From positions 1-50,416 of the IMG/VR virus record IMGVR_UViG_3300033145_001556: a stretch of DNA of 50,416 nt; one strand, written 5' to 3'. This stretch comes from a virus. Lineage: Duplodnaviria > Caudoviricetes. Below, one piece after another: positions 1 through 9,799 of this stretch. The position numbers and the translations under genes are program-made. The notes beneath the pieces are model-generated. The model had not been told where the DNA came from. It did not search any database and saw only the letters and a program-made list of their open reading frames with translations. Within the stretch, counting starts at the first letter, position 1. The number at the start of each line of letters is the position of its first letter.

Positions 1-1
1 G

Positions 2-1661
2 TCCGAGCTGGCCGAGAGCATGCAAAGCGCGGGGGTCATCGAGCCGCTCATCGTCCGGCTGGTGAAGAAGAAGCACGAGATCGTGTGCGGGCACCGGCGC
101 CAGGCCGCGGCCGTGGAGGCCGGGCTCGAGTCCGTGCCCGTCATCCTGCGCGAGCTCGACGACGACCAGGTGCTGGAAGTGCAGCTCATCGAGAACTGCC
201 AGCGAGCGGACATCCACCCGCTCGAGGAGGCGGCGACGTTCGAGCGGCTGGTGGAGCGCGGACACGATGCCGGCCGCATCGCCGAGAAGATCGGGCGGTC
301 GACGAGCTACGTGATGGGCCGGCTCAAGCTGACCACGCTGACCGACGAGTGCCGAAAGGCGCTGGACGCAGAGGACATCACCCTGGGCGTCGCACTGCTG
401 CTGGGAAGGATCCCCGACGCCAAGCTGCAGGACCAAGCGCTGGCCGAGGTGCGCGGCCGTGAGTGGGATGCGCCCATGAAGCTGAAGGACGCCCGCGAGC
501 GGATCGAGGAGGAGTTCATGCACCGGCTCGCGGATGCGGAGTTCAGCCTGACCGACGCCGAGCTCGTGCCCGGCGTCGGCGCGTGCTCCCAGTGTCCCAG
601 CCGCACCGGCAACCAGCGGGAGCTGTTCAGCGACGTGCAGAGCCCGGACGTGTGCACCAACCCCGTCTGTTTCCGGAGCAAGCTAGACGCCGCGTGGAAG
701 GTCCGCGTGCCGGCTGCCAAAGGGGCTTTCGTACGCGAGCGGCTACGAGGCGCTGGACGCCAGCAAGTACGGCAACTCCGGCCGCAAGACCACGCTCCGG
801 AAGCAGCTCGGCAAGGACCTGCCGCCCGTCACCCTCGCGCAGGACCCCCACACCGGGGCCCACGTCGATCTGGTCCGTCGCAAGGACGCCGAGAAGGCCC
901 TCAAGCAGAAGCAGGGCAGCTCGGGAACGTCTGCCAGGGGCACCGAGGACGGCGCGTACGCGGCCGACCGCCGGCGTCAGCAGGCCAAGGAGCGGCGGTT
1001 CAAGGAGAGCATCGAGCACGCGCTCGGGAAGATGCGCGAGGCATCCGTGAACGTCGATGTCGACGTGCTGGTCCAGATGCTCGTGCGCGGCCTCATCGAG
1101 GGGCAGTGGACGGACGCGCTCAAGCACATCGCCCAGGCTCGCGGGCTCGACGCGAGCAAGCAGCACGGCGACTGGCAGAAGGTCCTCCTGAACGAGCTGG
1201 AGTTCCTGACCGTCCACCAGATCACCGAGCTCGGTGTGGAGCTGGCGCTGCGCCGCGCAATACCGCACCCCTACGGCGGGCTGACGGACCACTGGAAGGC
1301 AGCGCTGAAGCTGTTCAAGGTCGACTTCAGCGCGATCGCGAAGCAGGTGGCCGCCGACGACCGCGCCCGCGAGGCGGAGAAGCGGAAGGGCAAGAAGAAG
1401 GCGGCCAAGAAGACCGGGAAGAAGACGCCCGCGAAGGCCAAGCGCTCACGGGCGAAGAAGGCGCCAGCGCCGCCGGTCGAGCCAGCGGGTGAGCCCGGCG
1501 TCTGCCGCGTGTGCGGCTGCACTGACTCCACCCCGTGTCCGGGCGGGTGCGGCTGGGTCGAGGACGACCTGTGCAGCGCCTGCGTGGACACGTCCCAGAC
1601 CAAGCGCGCCAAGCGGGCGCCAGCCAAGAAGAAGACCAGGGCCCGCCGGGCCAGGAAGTGA
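2..1661 (+). CDS. ParB/RepB/Spo0J-family protein, 5'-truncated, with an apparent +1 frameshift near 720; C-terminal Lys-rich linker and CxxC Zn-finger
   Basis: IEPLIVR, IVCGHRRQAAA and QLIENCQRADIHPLEEA ParB motifs. After about 725 the protein-like frame is that of ORF 1032..1661, which is open from 687; it ends with CRVCGCTDSTPCPGGCGWVEDDLCSAC. Confidence 0.8.
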
Positions 1662-1668
1662 GAGAGCC

Positions 1669-2961
1669 ATGCGTATCGTTGAACTCCGTGCCGAGAACTT
1701 CAAGCGGCTGAAGGCCGTCAACATCCGCCCCGATGGGTCGCTCGTCATCGTCGCCGGCGAAAACGACCAGGGCAAGAGCAGCGTCCTCGACTCCATCGAG
1801 GCGGCTCTCGGTGGCAGCAAGAGCGTGCCGAGCGACCCTATCCGTAAGGGCAAGCGCCGCGGGCGCAACGTGGTCGACCTCGGGGATCTCGTGGTCGAGC
1901 GGCAGTACTCCCCGACCGGCAGCAAGCTGGTCGTGAAGAACCGGGCGGGCGAGACTCAGAAGAGCCCTCAGTCCCTGCTCGACGACCTGTGCGACAAGCT
2001 GGCCTTCGACCCCCAGGAGTTCGCGCGGCTCGAACGCGAGAAGCGGACCAAGGTCGTGAAGGAGCTGGTCGGCCTGGACTTCACGAAGCTCGACGGTCAG
2101 CGCTCGGCCGCCTACAGCCAGCGCACCGACGTCAACAAGGACGTCAAGCGCCTCGAGGCCAAGCTCGACCTGCTCGAGGTGCACGACGGCGTGCCTGAGG
2201 GAGAGGTCAGCGTTGCCGAGTTGACTGCCGAGCTCGGGAAGCGCGAGGAGCAGCTGGCCGGGAACGGCACGACCCGCAAGGACCTCGAGGATGCGGAGAA
2301 GCAGCTGACCGGGACCGACGAGGCGATCGTCGAGGCGAAGGCGGAGGTTGCGACCCTGCGGCAGCAACTCGAGGAGGCTGAGGGTGCGCTCACGCTACGC
2401 GAGGAGGAGCGGGCCGCCGTGCTCACGGTGCGCGATGACGCTCAGGAGCTCGTCGACGAGCTCAAGGACCCCGACCTCGAGGACGTCAAGCGGCAGATGG
2501 CGGAGTCCGACGAGACCAATCGCAAGGTCCGCGAGAACCAGGAGCACGCCCGGGTGGCCAAGGAGCTCGAGGACAAGGAGGACGAGGCCCAGACGCTCAC
2601 CGACGAGATCGCGGAGGTCGACGACCAGAAGCAGCAGCAGATCGCCGACGCAGAGTTCCCCATCGAGGGCCTGGGCTTCGACGAGGACGGCGTGACATTG
2701 GACGGCGTGCCCTTCGACCAGGCATCGGAGAGCCAGCGCCTGATGGCCAGCGTGGCCGTCGGTGCCGCCCTCCACCCCAAGCTCCGCGTGCTGCTCATCC
2801 GCAACGGGAACGACCTCGGGGAGCAGAAGCTCCAGGCCCTGGCCGAGATGGCCGAGAAGCTCGATCTGCAGATCTGGCTCGAGCGCATCGCTGGTGGCCC
2901 GGGCGCCGTGGTCATCGAAGACGGGGTGGTGGCCGACGTCGAGACCCGGAAGGCGGGGTAG
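1669..2961 (+). CDS. SMC/RecN/SbcC-like AAA ATPase with central coiled coil
   Basis: Starts MRIVELRAENFKRLK; Walker A GENDQGKSS; long coiled coil; signature-like ASESQ; ATG at 1669 just after the upstream stop. Confidence 0.85.
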   Translation: MRIVELRAENFKRLKAVNIRPDGSLVIVAGENDQGKSSVLDSIEAALGGSKSVPSDPIRKGKRRGRNVVDLGDLVVERQYSPTGSKLVVKNRAGETQKSPQSLLDDLCDKLAFDPQEFARLEREKRTKVVKELVGLDFTKLDGQRSAAYSQRTDVNKDVKRLEAKLDLLEVHDGVPEGEVSVAELTAELGKREEQLAGNGTTRKDLEDAEKQLTGTDEAIVEAKAEVATLRQQLEEAEGALTLREEERAAVLTVRDDAQELVDELKDPDLEDVKRQMAESDETNRKVRENQEHARVAKELEDKEDEAQTLTDEIAEVDDQKQQQIADAEFPIEGLGFDEDGVTLDGVPFDQASESQRLMASVAVGAALHPKLRVLLIRNGNDLGEQKLQALAEMAEKLDLQIWLERIAGGPGAVVIEDGVVADVETRKAG

Positions 2962-2964
2962 GGG

Positions 2965-3276
2965 ATGAGTCACCGAACCGACTACGACACCTGGCCGTGG
3001 CGAGGGCATCGCGAGCAGGCACGCGAGGATGCTCGCTACGGGCACCGCAACCGCGACCTGAATGACCGTTACGGGTCCGACTCGCAGCGCGCCTACGCAG
3101 AGGAGTTCAGGCGCGAGGAACGTCGCCTCGAAGACGAGCAGTTCGAGCGGCAGCGGCGTGAGCAAGAGGCAGCGGAGCGGCGGCGCGCGGCAGAAGAAGA
3201 GGCTCAGCGCCGCCAATGGGAGGAAGCCGAGCAGGAGCGGTTGGCGGAGGAATTCGACGAACTGGAGGACGAGTAG
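2965..3276 (+). CDS. Hypothetical charged/coiled-coil protein
   Basis: Tightly packed ORF with an E/R-rich C-terminus. Confidence 0.6.
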   Translation: MSHRTDYDTWPWRGHREQAREDARYGHRNRDLNDRYGSDSQRAYAEEFRREERRLEDEQFERQRREQEAAERRRAAEEEAQRRQWEEAEQERLAEEFDELEDE

Positions 3277-3278
3277 CC

Positions 3279-3509
3279 ATGGCCCAGGCGAAAGGCCAGC
3301 GCCCCCTGATGCAGGGCACCTGCAAGAGCTGCGGGGCCTCGATCCTCTGGGTGCGGACCGCGAAGGGCAAGCAGATGCCCCTCGACACGAAGCCTCAGAA
3401 GCTCATCACCCTCGACGACATGCCCGAGGCCACCGGGTACATGACGGACTGCTACACGCCGCACTGGGCCACGTGCCCGCAGGCGGCGCAGCACCGGAGG
3501 AGGAGCTGA
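3279..3509 (+). CDS. Small Zn-binding phage hypothetical protein
   Basis: CKSCGASILW...MPLD...HWATC pattern; GGAGG upstream of ATG 3279. Confidence 0.7.
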   Translation: MAQAKGQRPLMQGTCKSCGASILWVRTAKGKQMPLDTKPQKLITLDDMPEATGYMTDCYTPHWATCPQAAQHRRRS

Positions 3510-3510
3510 C

Positions 3511-3996
3511 GTGCCGGGCGGGTTCATCATCACCGAGCACGCGGTGCACCGCTTCCAGCAGCGGGTCGTGCCGCAGTTGGCCTTCTCGGCCGCGGACGCC
3601 CTGCTGAAGCGCCGCGTCAAGAGCGCCAAGCCCGCCGGCGAGAAGACCCTGGCCGGCGAGACCTACTGGCGCATCACTGCGCCCGACGCCGTGCTCGTCA
3701 CCAAGTCCGAGAACAAGCAGGTCATCGTGGTCACGGTGGTCGAGCCCGAGAAGCTGGGCACCGAGGACGACCCGGACGCCGACCTGGTGGTCGAGTACTA
3801 CCGCCGCGAGCAGGCAATGAACCGCGCCACCTGCAAACTCGACGAGGCGCGCAAGAACTACGAGCGGCGCGTGAAGGCCGCCAAGAATGAGTACCAGCAG
3901 GCGGTGGCCAGCGTGCTCAAGGACTGCACGCCGGACGTGCGGGAGTGCCTCGAGCGGAGCGGCGTGGCCGCGGTGGTGAAGGAGGATCGGACATGA
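3511..3996 (+). CDS. Hypothetical protein
   Basis: AGGAG upstream of GTG; ITEHAVHRFQQR N-terminal motif; ATGA overlap with the next ORF. Confidence 0.65.
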   Translation: MPGGFIITEHAVHRFQQRVVPQLAFSAADALLKRRVKSAKPAGEKTLAGETYWRITAPDAVLVTKSENKQVIVVTVVEPEKLGTEDDPDADLVVEYYRREQAMNRATCKLDEARKNYERRVKAAKNEYQQAVASVLKDCTPDVRECLERSGVAAVVKEDRT

Positions 3997-4235
3997 CCGG
4001 CAAGGCGTGCGACCACTCGTTCGTCGACTCGACGGTGTGCCTGAAGTGCGGCAAGCCGTTCGTGGAGTTGCAGGCGGAACTGGACGCCGACGCCCAGGCC
4101 CTGCTCGCCGAAGCTCGCGGAGACACTTACGGGCCCCGGTCGGGGGGTGCGCCTACCCGCAAGGATGGCGGCTCAGCATCGGGCACCAACGTCGGTGACG
4201 CCGAGCCCCCCGACCAGCCCACCAGCGATCTCTGA
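3993..4235 (+). CDS. Small hypothetical protein with Cys/His cluster
   Basis: AAGGAGG RBS; CDH...CLKCG; last gene of the + arm. Confidence 0.55.
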   Translation: MTGKACDHSFVDSTVCLKCGKPFVELQAELDADAQALLAEARGDTYGPRSGGAPTRKDGGSASGTNVGDAEPPDQPTSDL

Positions 4236-4324
4236 TTGCCGTCCGTCCCTTCGGGCCTTCTCGGCGCTAGAAGGAGCGGGAGCTTCCTGGTCATGCTCGT
4301 GCGGGTGAACACGAGACTCGTCGG

Positions 4325-5248
4325 CTACGCCGTTGCGACCGCCCTTGGCATGTTCAACGGGCGCTCCTGCGTCGTGATGTACTGCTTCGGCAGGCGGCGT
4401 GACCACGCTTGGGGGATGAGCAGCCCTGGTTTCACGACCATCACCTCTCGTCCGGATCGACGCCCGGCAGCCCGGTAGTCGAGAGAGAAGGTGATCTGCC
4501 TGAATCCGCGGTAGAGCGACCGTATTTTCGGGACGTTGTCGTACGTGAGAACCCAAGGGAAAGGGGCTCGGTCCAGGCAGTCTCTGAGCATCCTGTGATC
4601 GTCGTGGTCAGCGTAGCTCAGGTACAGCCGCCCCCCGTTGACGCAGTATGGCGGGTCCAGGTAGGCGAATACGGAGGTGCGTGCAGCCAACGGCTCAACA
4701 ACGCTGCGCAGCAGCTTTCTCCCGTCCAGCCTGAACACGTCAATGCGAGTTTTGTAGAGGGTAATCCTCTCGATCTTACGTTCGAGGTCCACCTTGTTGA
4801 ATCGCGCGTCGAGCCCCCATTTGCCGGTTTGGCGCCTGCCGCCGATCGGGCCGCCGTTTATGATGATCCCGGAGCGACTGGTGCGATTGAGGTAGAAGGT
4901 CGCGAACCCCAGAGCAACTCGGGAACAGCGCCCGGGTCGCTCGTAGATCTCCCTCTGGCGATCCCGGTGCTTCATGTTGATCGGTGTGTCCCGGAGAAGG
5001 CGCAGAAACTCGTCGGTGCGATTCAGAATCGACCACCACATCGAGAAGACACCGCGATCTAGGTCGTTGATGATCACTCGGTCAACGTGCTCGCCGAAAA
5101 GGAGGCTGAGAGCTGCTCCAGCGCCACCGGCGTACGGTTCGACGTACGTGCCGTCCTGAGCCCCGTTCAACCGAACCAGGTGGGCGAGAACGTGCGTCAG
5201 GATCTGCTTACCGCCGGGGTAGCGGAGTGGGCTGAAGCAGACGCTCAC
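4325..5248 (-). CDS. Dam/D12-class N6-adenine DNA methyltransferase
   Basis: SPLRYPGGK, YVEPYAGGAG (motif I), FYLNRTS, YLDPPY (motif IV), WVLTYD. Confidence 0.93.
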   Translation of the reverse strand: MSVCFSPLRYPGGKQILTHVLAHLVRLNGAQDGTYVEPYAGGAGAALSLLFGEHVDRVIINDLDRGVFSMWWSILNRTDEFLRLLRDTPINMKHRDRQREIYERPGRCSRVALGFATFYLNRTSRSGIIINGGPIGGRRQTGKWGLDARFNKVDLERKIERITLYKTRIDVFRLDGRKLLRSVVEPLAARTSVFAYLDPPYCVNGGRLYLSYADHDDHRMLRDCLDRAPFPWVLTYDNVPKIRSLYRGFRQITFSLDYRAAGRRSGREVMVVKPGLLIPQAWSRRLPKQYITTQERPLNMPRAVATA

Positions 5249-6726
5249 TTTCTCGTCCTGGCCTTTTTGCCTGGCTTGGCCGGGGCCTCACCATCGAGTT
5301 CAGGATCAAGGGCCAGAGCGACGAGGGGCGCGACCGTGTCCCACAGGCTACGGAGTTCCCGGTCGACAGGTAGTGCGAATCGGTTGTGCGCGAACGCATC
5401 CAGGAGATCCACCGACACCAGCGAGTGCTTATCGCTGACGAGAGTGGTCAGCCGTCTCTTCGCCTGTCCCGGAAGGGGCAGGTGGCTGTCGTTCACAAGG
5501 TACCGCAGCATCTGGTTGAGCGTCGGGGACCAAGTTGATGGCCTGTCCCGGTTCCGCGCGTTGCCCTTCAGCAACTTCATCTTGCCGGTTCGGTCCATGT
5601 AGTCAGATACGGCTACGTCGAGCAGCAGTCTCAACATAACGCCGCACGCGTTGGGAAAGGCGTCAACGCGCAGCTTCCTGCTCTCGCCAAATATCTCGCG
5701 GATTCGCTGGTTGTCGATACGGCAGTGGACGTCGCTCGGAATGAGGGCGGCCGACGGGCGAGTGCTTCTCTTCGGCTTCTTCGTCTTCGGAGGCTGCTTC
5801 CCTGGGTCGGGGCTCGGGGGAGAGGTTGGCGCCAGGTCTTTGGTCGTGAAGCGCCCCTTGCTTCTCGGCGTGCCGTCCTTGAGCTTGTCTAGGTAGCTGT
5901 CGATTTGTGAGGCGCTGTTGAGCGATCGAGTGTCGATTCTCCGTCTTGCGATGTCCCGAACGATTTGGCTGAACGACCGCTTGAAGTCCTCGGGCGCGAC
6001 TCTGCCCTCCATTTTGCCGTCTGAGTCGAACTCGATCCCGAGCTTCTTTCGGGCGGCTGGCGAGCTGATGATACGTTCCAGGGTACTTATCTCGAACTGG
6101 CGTGGATTGCGGACGATGGCGGAGACGTCGGAGGGAAGGTCAATGGAGCAAGCCGCCTTGTATGCCTCGTCAAGACGGAGGTTCTTCCTGATCTCGGCAG
6201 CCTTCACACCATACTGCTTCGCCATGTCATCGATTGTGATCCCCTCCCGGTGCAAGCCGGCGTAGAAGCGGGCTTGCATGATCGGACTCCAACGTTCGAC
6301 CTGGGTTCGCGTGTGCCTCGCCATGATGAATGGCGCGGCGTCCTCCCGCGTCGGCGCGTAGAGGACCCTGACCTTTGAAACGGCCTCATTGGGGACCGTC
6401 TTGCCGAGTTTCTTGAAGCGCAACACGTGCGATGTGGGTGCCAGCTCCGGGTTAAGCAGCAGCTTCAACGCGGTCAAACGCCGGTTCCCCTCCAGAACAA
6501 TCGCCTTGCCGTCTTGCTTGAGACCTATCAACGACTCAAGCGGCCAGTACCCCTGCTCGACAATTCCCTTGGCCAGGTCGTAGACGGCGTCGTGCTCCAC
6601 AAGCTCAGCGATCAACTCACGCTGACTGAACTCGCGATCCCTTGACGGGATTCGGGGGTTCAGAGGGTCCAGCCTGAGGCTTGTCACCGATGAGTGCTTC
6701 TGCGGCCACGATGAGTAGTCTTTCAC
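5245..6726 (-). CDS. ParB/Srx-like N-terminal domain protein with possible HEPN-like C-terminus; putative defence effector
   Basis: LDPLNPRI and VLEGNRRLTALK; C-terminal MLRLLLD...TLNQML...LDAFAHN; AGGAGG RBS; GTGA overlap with the methylase; more A/T-rich than the flanks. Confidence 0.75.
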   Translation of the reverse strand: MKDYSSWPQKHSSVTSLRLDPLNPRIPSRDREFSQRELIAELVEHDAVYDLAKGIVEQGYWPLESLIGLKQDGKAIVLEGNRRLTALKLLLNPELAPTSHVLRFKKLGKTVPNEAVSKVRVLYAPTREDAAPFIMARHTRTQVERWSPIMQARFYAGLHREGITIDDMAKQYGVKAAEIRKNLRLDEAYKAACSIDLPSDVSAIVRNPRQFEISTLERIISSPAARKKLGIEFDSDGKMEGRVAPEDFKRSFSQIVRDIARRRIDTRSLNSASQIDSYLDKLKDGTPRSKGRFTTKDLAPTSPPSPDPGKQPPKTKKPKRSTRPSAALIPSDVHCRIDNQRIREIFGESRKLRVDAFPNACGVMLRLLLDVAVSDYMDRTGKMKLLKGNARNRDRPSTWSPTLNQMLRYLVNDSHLPLPGQAKRRLTTLVSDKHSLVSVDLLDAFAHNRFALPVDRELRSLWDTVAPLVALALDPELDGEAPAKPGKKARTRK

Positions 6727-7197
6727 GAGTTCCCCCTCCTAGGGACAAAGGCGGACTAGACCGCGCTCTGCTACCCTACCATGTCTCCCAAATCCATGTC
6801 TCGCACGGGGAGCCCAAGCGATCTGCACTGCCTCCCGCCATTCACGGCGGAAGACAGGATCCGGACCCTTGGGCCGAGGTCGGCATCTTTCAGTGCAACG
6901 ATCTCCGTTCGTCCTCGCCGCGCTCAGGCGCAGCCCGAGGCCGGCCTCGAGCAGAAGCTCGCGGCCGTCGTCGATGACGAGCCTACAGACGCACGGCCCG
7001 ATCTCGACGAGACACCCTGGACGAGACCGCGAAGCGCTGCCTGACCGGTTCCGGGCGGTGCTGAGGGACCGCGGCTGACCTCCCCGACACAGTCCGGCGC
7101 CCCCACCGGCCGAAGCCAATGGGGGCGATCTCCTGGCTTGACGGGGCCAGGTCCCGGCGGGTCTCTCTCCCGCGGTGAGTGGTACAGGGTAGCGCGG

Positions 7198-7566
7198 TCA
7201 CTCGCTTGACGGCGGGTCGGTCTCGCCGGCCCCGGGTAGCGTGTCCGCCCGCCGCCGGTACGGCCGGCGCCCGGTCAGCAGCGCCTGCACCGCGTCGCGC
7301 AGCTCGTCGAGGGTACGCTCCACCGACGCCGACCACTGCTTCCACTCGGCCTTGGTGATCGTGTCGCGCTGGGCGCGCTCCAGGCCCAGTACGACGCCGG
7401 CGACGCGCGTGAGCTCGAGCTCAGTCTCGTGGGCCTTGTCCTTCTGGCTCTGGAGCTGCTGCTCGAGCCGGTCGAGCTTCCGGTCGCGCTGCTTGACCGT
7501 GTAGCCGATGAGGGCCACGAAGAGCGCCAGGGCGATGTTCAGACCGAGCTGCAGCTCTGGGGTCAT
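7198..7566 (-). CDS. Single-TM coiled-coil lysis-associated protein (holin/antiholin/i-spanin-like)
   Basis: MTPELQLGLNIALALFVALIGYTVK N-terminal TM followed by coiled coil; overlaps the endolysin stop. Confidence 0.6.
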   Translation of the reverse strand: MTPELQLGLNIALALFVALIGYTVKQRDRKLDRLEQQLQSQKDKAHETELELTRVAGVVLGLERAQRDTITKAEWKQWSASVERTLDELRDAVQALLTGRRPYRRRADTLPGAGETDPPSSE

Positions 7567-8612
7567 CGGAGTCCTGCCTTCCCGCGGGTCTGCGGCCCGA
7601 CCTTGCCATCGATGGTGAGCCGCTCCGCATGCTGGAACGCCACCGTGGCCGCGTGCGTGAAGCCGTCGAACACCCCCGAGCGGCGCGTCTCCGGGAGCAC
7701 CTGCTGCCCGCGGTACCGCCACCCGTCGAGCAGCTCCTGCCACTTGAGCACGTCCGGACCCTCGCGGCCGAGCTTCAGTATGCGCGCCTGGCGCCGGACC
7801 GAGTCGGGGGGCGGCGCCGGGTCGGTGTCGTGCACGGGCCCTGCCGGCTCCTCGCCGCCCTGGAAGCCCTCGGGGACCCAGGCGGGCGGCAGCACACCGA
7901 GCTCGGTCGCGACGCGCCTGACGAGCTCCCAGCCGCTGCCACGGCCGTACACGCGCCGGCCGCGGATGTGCCACCCCTTCGGGCCGTCCGTGATGGGCAG
8001 GTTGTACCGACAGCGGCAGGAATGGTCCGCCCGAGACGCGCCCTCGGGCTGGTGGTGCTGCCCGTACTCGGCGGTGTCGCACGTGACGGGGACGCCGTCG
8101 CGGTAGGTGACGTCCAGGATCACCATCGTGTGGCCGCCGTGCTGGTTCAGGATCTGCACGACGTCGCCGGGCCCGATGTCCCACTCCGTGCGGGCGCCGT
8201 ACTGGCGCCAGCAGGCGCCCCGATAGTGCATGAGCGAGCGCAGGTTCCAGCCGGGGCGCCAGCTCCGCTCCGCTTCGAGGCGGTTGCACCAGCGCAGCAC
8301 GTGCTCCGCGGTGGCCGACGGTACCGGGGGCAGGCCGAGCAGGCGGAGCCAGACCGCAGCATGAAGGTCCTCGCAGGCGCTGTAGGAGCGCCAGCGGCCC
8401 TTGGCGTCCTTCCACCGCGACTGTCGCCCCTCGGTCACAAGCCGGAAGCAGCCGTCGGGGTCGTGCCCCTTGCCGGCCGCCTCACCGTAGTCCCACGAGA
8501 ACCCGTTCTTGCCGCCGGCGAGGAGCTCGGCGAGCTGGGAGGCCGCCACGCGTACCCGGGCCTCGCTGAGCTGGCCTCCCTCGGTCAGGTGTCGGCGGAC
8601 CAGGCCCGGCAT
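7563..8612 (-). CDS. Endolysin: putative Cys/His (CHAP/NlpC-like) catalytic domain plus C-terminal peptidoglycan-binding domain
   Basis: C-terminal LKLGREGPDVLKWQELL...GVFDGFTHAATVAFQ...DGKVGPQT (PG_binding_1 pattern); N-terminal YSACEDL...GDVVQI...GHTMVI. Confidence 0.8.
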   Translation of the reverse strand: MPGLVRRHLTEGGQLSEARVRVAASQLAELLAGGKNGFSWDYGEAAGKGHDPDGCFRLVTEGRQSRWKDAKGRWRSYSACEDLHAAVWLRLLGLPPVPSATAEHVLRWCNRLEAERSWRPGWNLRSLMHYRGACWRQYGARTEWDIGPGDVVQILNQHGGHTMVILDVTYRDGVPVTCDTAEYGQHHQPEGASRADHSCRCRYNLPITDGPKGWHIRGRRVYGRGSGWELVRRVATELGVLPPAWVPEGFQGGEEPAGPVHDTDPAPPPDSVRRQARILKLGREGPDVLKWQELLDGWRYRGQQVLPETRRSGVFDGFTHAATVAFQHAERLTIDGKVGPQTRGKAGLR

Positions 8613-8615
8613 GGT

Positions 8616-9470
8616 TCAGACTCGCGGTTCGATGACGTGGATGTCCCAGGCCTCGCGCAACACGCGCTCGTCGACCCAGCAGCAGCCCGGGGCCCAGCGC
8701 CCGTCGGGCAGGTGGATGCCCCCCCAGCCGGTGGCCCGCGCCGGCGGCGTAGCCAGGACCACGGCGCCGTCCGGCCCCCAGGAGCCCTGGATGCCGTAGA
8801 TGCGGCGGCCGTCCTGCCACACTCGAGCGAACACCCGCTGGCCGTGGCCGTCACGGTCTCCGCCCAGGTGGTCGGTGGTGAGGATGGCGTCAGGCTTCGA
8901 GGGGTCGCCCTGGTAGGCGTGGTAGGCGTCGCGCGTCCCCGTGCCGATCATCACCCCGAGGGTGGGGTTGATGAGGGCCGCGTCGACGGCGTCGAGCTCG
9001 CCCGCTGAGATGCGGTATCGACGCATGCCCACGCCGCGCTTGTCGTCCGCGAAGAGCTCGTCCTGGAGGTCGTCGCCAGCTGGGGGCGCCCCCAGGCCCG
9101 CCTCGACCAGGTCGCCGTCTTCGCCCAGGACGTAGGGATCCCAGCCGCGGTGGACCAGGCCGGAGATGACGTACTCGAAGCGGGTGCCGAGATCGATCTG
9201 CTCGATGCGCCCCTGGCGCCGGCGCGCCTCCCGCCAGATGCTGACGGCGCTGGCCCAGGGCAGGAAGAGTCGTGCGGCGTCGATGATCGCGGCCGGAGCC
9301 TGACCGGCGCACGAGGGGTTGACGCGCTGGTCACGGATCCAGGCGATGGACTGGACAATGGGGTCGCTGTCGGGCGCCTCGATCTGCACCGCGAACGGGT
9401 GGCTCTGGGCGTCCAGCGCCCGGCGCTCGGCGCGGTCGGGGAGCAGGCCCGTCTTGAAGAGGCAGGTCAC
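8616..9470 (-). CDS. Papain-like (C1-family) cysteine peptidase
   Basis: IRDQRVNPSCAGQA (oxyanion Q, catalytic C), GHG (catalytic H), IQGSWG; GTG start overlaps the upstream stop. Confidence 0.75.
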   Translation of the reverse strand: MTCLFKTGLLPDRAERRALDAQSHPFAVQIEAPDSDPIVQSIAWIRDQRVNPSCAGQAPAAIIDAARLFLPWASAVSIWREARRRQGRIEQIDLGTRFEYVISGLVHRGWDPYVLGEDGDLVEAGLGAPPAGDDLQDELFADDKRGVGMRRYRISAGELDAVDAALINPTLGVMIGTGTRDAYHAYQGDPSKPDAILTTDHLGGDRDGHGQRVFARVWQDGRRIYGIQGSWGPDGAVVLATPPARATGWGGIHLPDGRWAPGCCWVDERVLREAWDIHVIEPRV

Positions 9471-9799
9471 CGGCAGAGCTCCCCCCGGTAGGCGCGCTCG
9501 AGCTCGGAGCATGCCTCGATGGTGGCGATGCACTCGGGGTTCCAGTCGCGCCCGTCGAACTGCGCCCGCTCGCAGGCGATGGCGAAGTCGGTGCCCGCCG
9601 GCGTCTTCCACCAGGGCGAGCCGTCCGGCTTGCGGCAGTCGAGCCCCTCGAGGCGCTTGTGGGCGGCGAGGCACGAGCCTGGCGGCGCTGGTGAGGGGTC
9701 GGGTGGCGTCGGCTCCGGGATGGGCTGCACCGGGCCGCAGGCGGCCGCCAGGGCCACCAGTAGGCAGAGCTTCAGTGAACCGAGCACTCGCGCACCCAA
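9467..9799 (-). CDS. Cys/Pro-rich lipoprotein (o-spanin-like candidate)
   Basis: Hydrophobic signal ending LAAAC, Pro-rich linker, several Cys; lies in the lysis cassette. Confidence 0.65.
   Translation of the reverse strand: MGARVLGSLKLCLLVALAAACGPVQPIPEPTPPDPSPAPPGSCLAAHKRLEGLDCRKPDGSPWWKTPAGTDFAIACERAQFDGRDWNPECIATIEACSELERAYRGELCR

Noticed and set aside
726-1492. C-terminal half of ORF 20..1492
   Set aside because: Arg/Gly/Pro-rich off-frame sequence; the +1 frame is the protein-like one
6739-7119. Short ORFs between the methylase module and the lysis genes
   Set aside because: No convincing RBS or motifs; they conflict with each other and may be remnants
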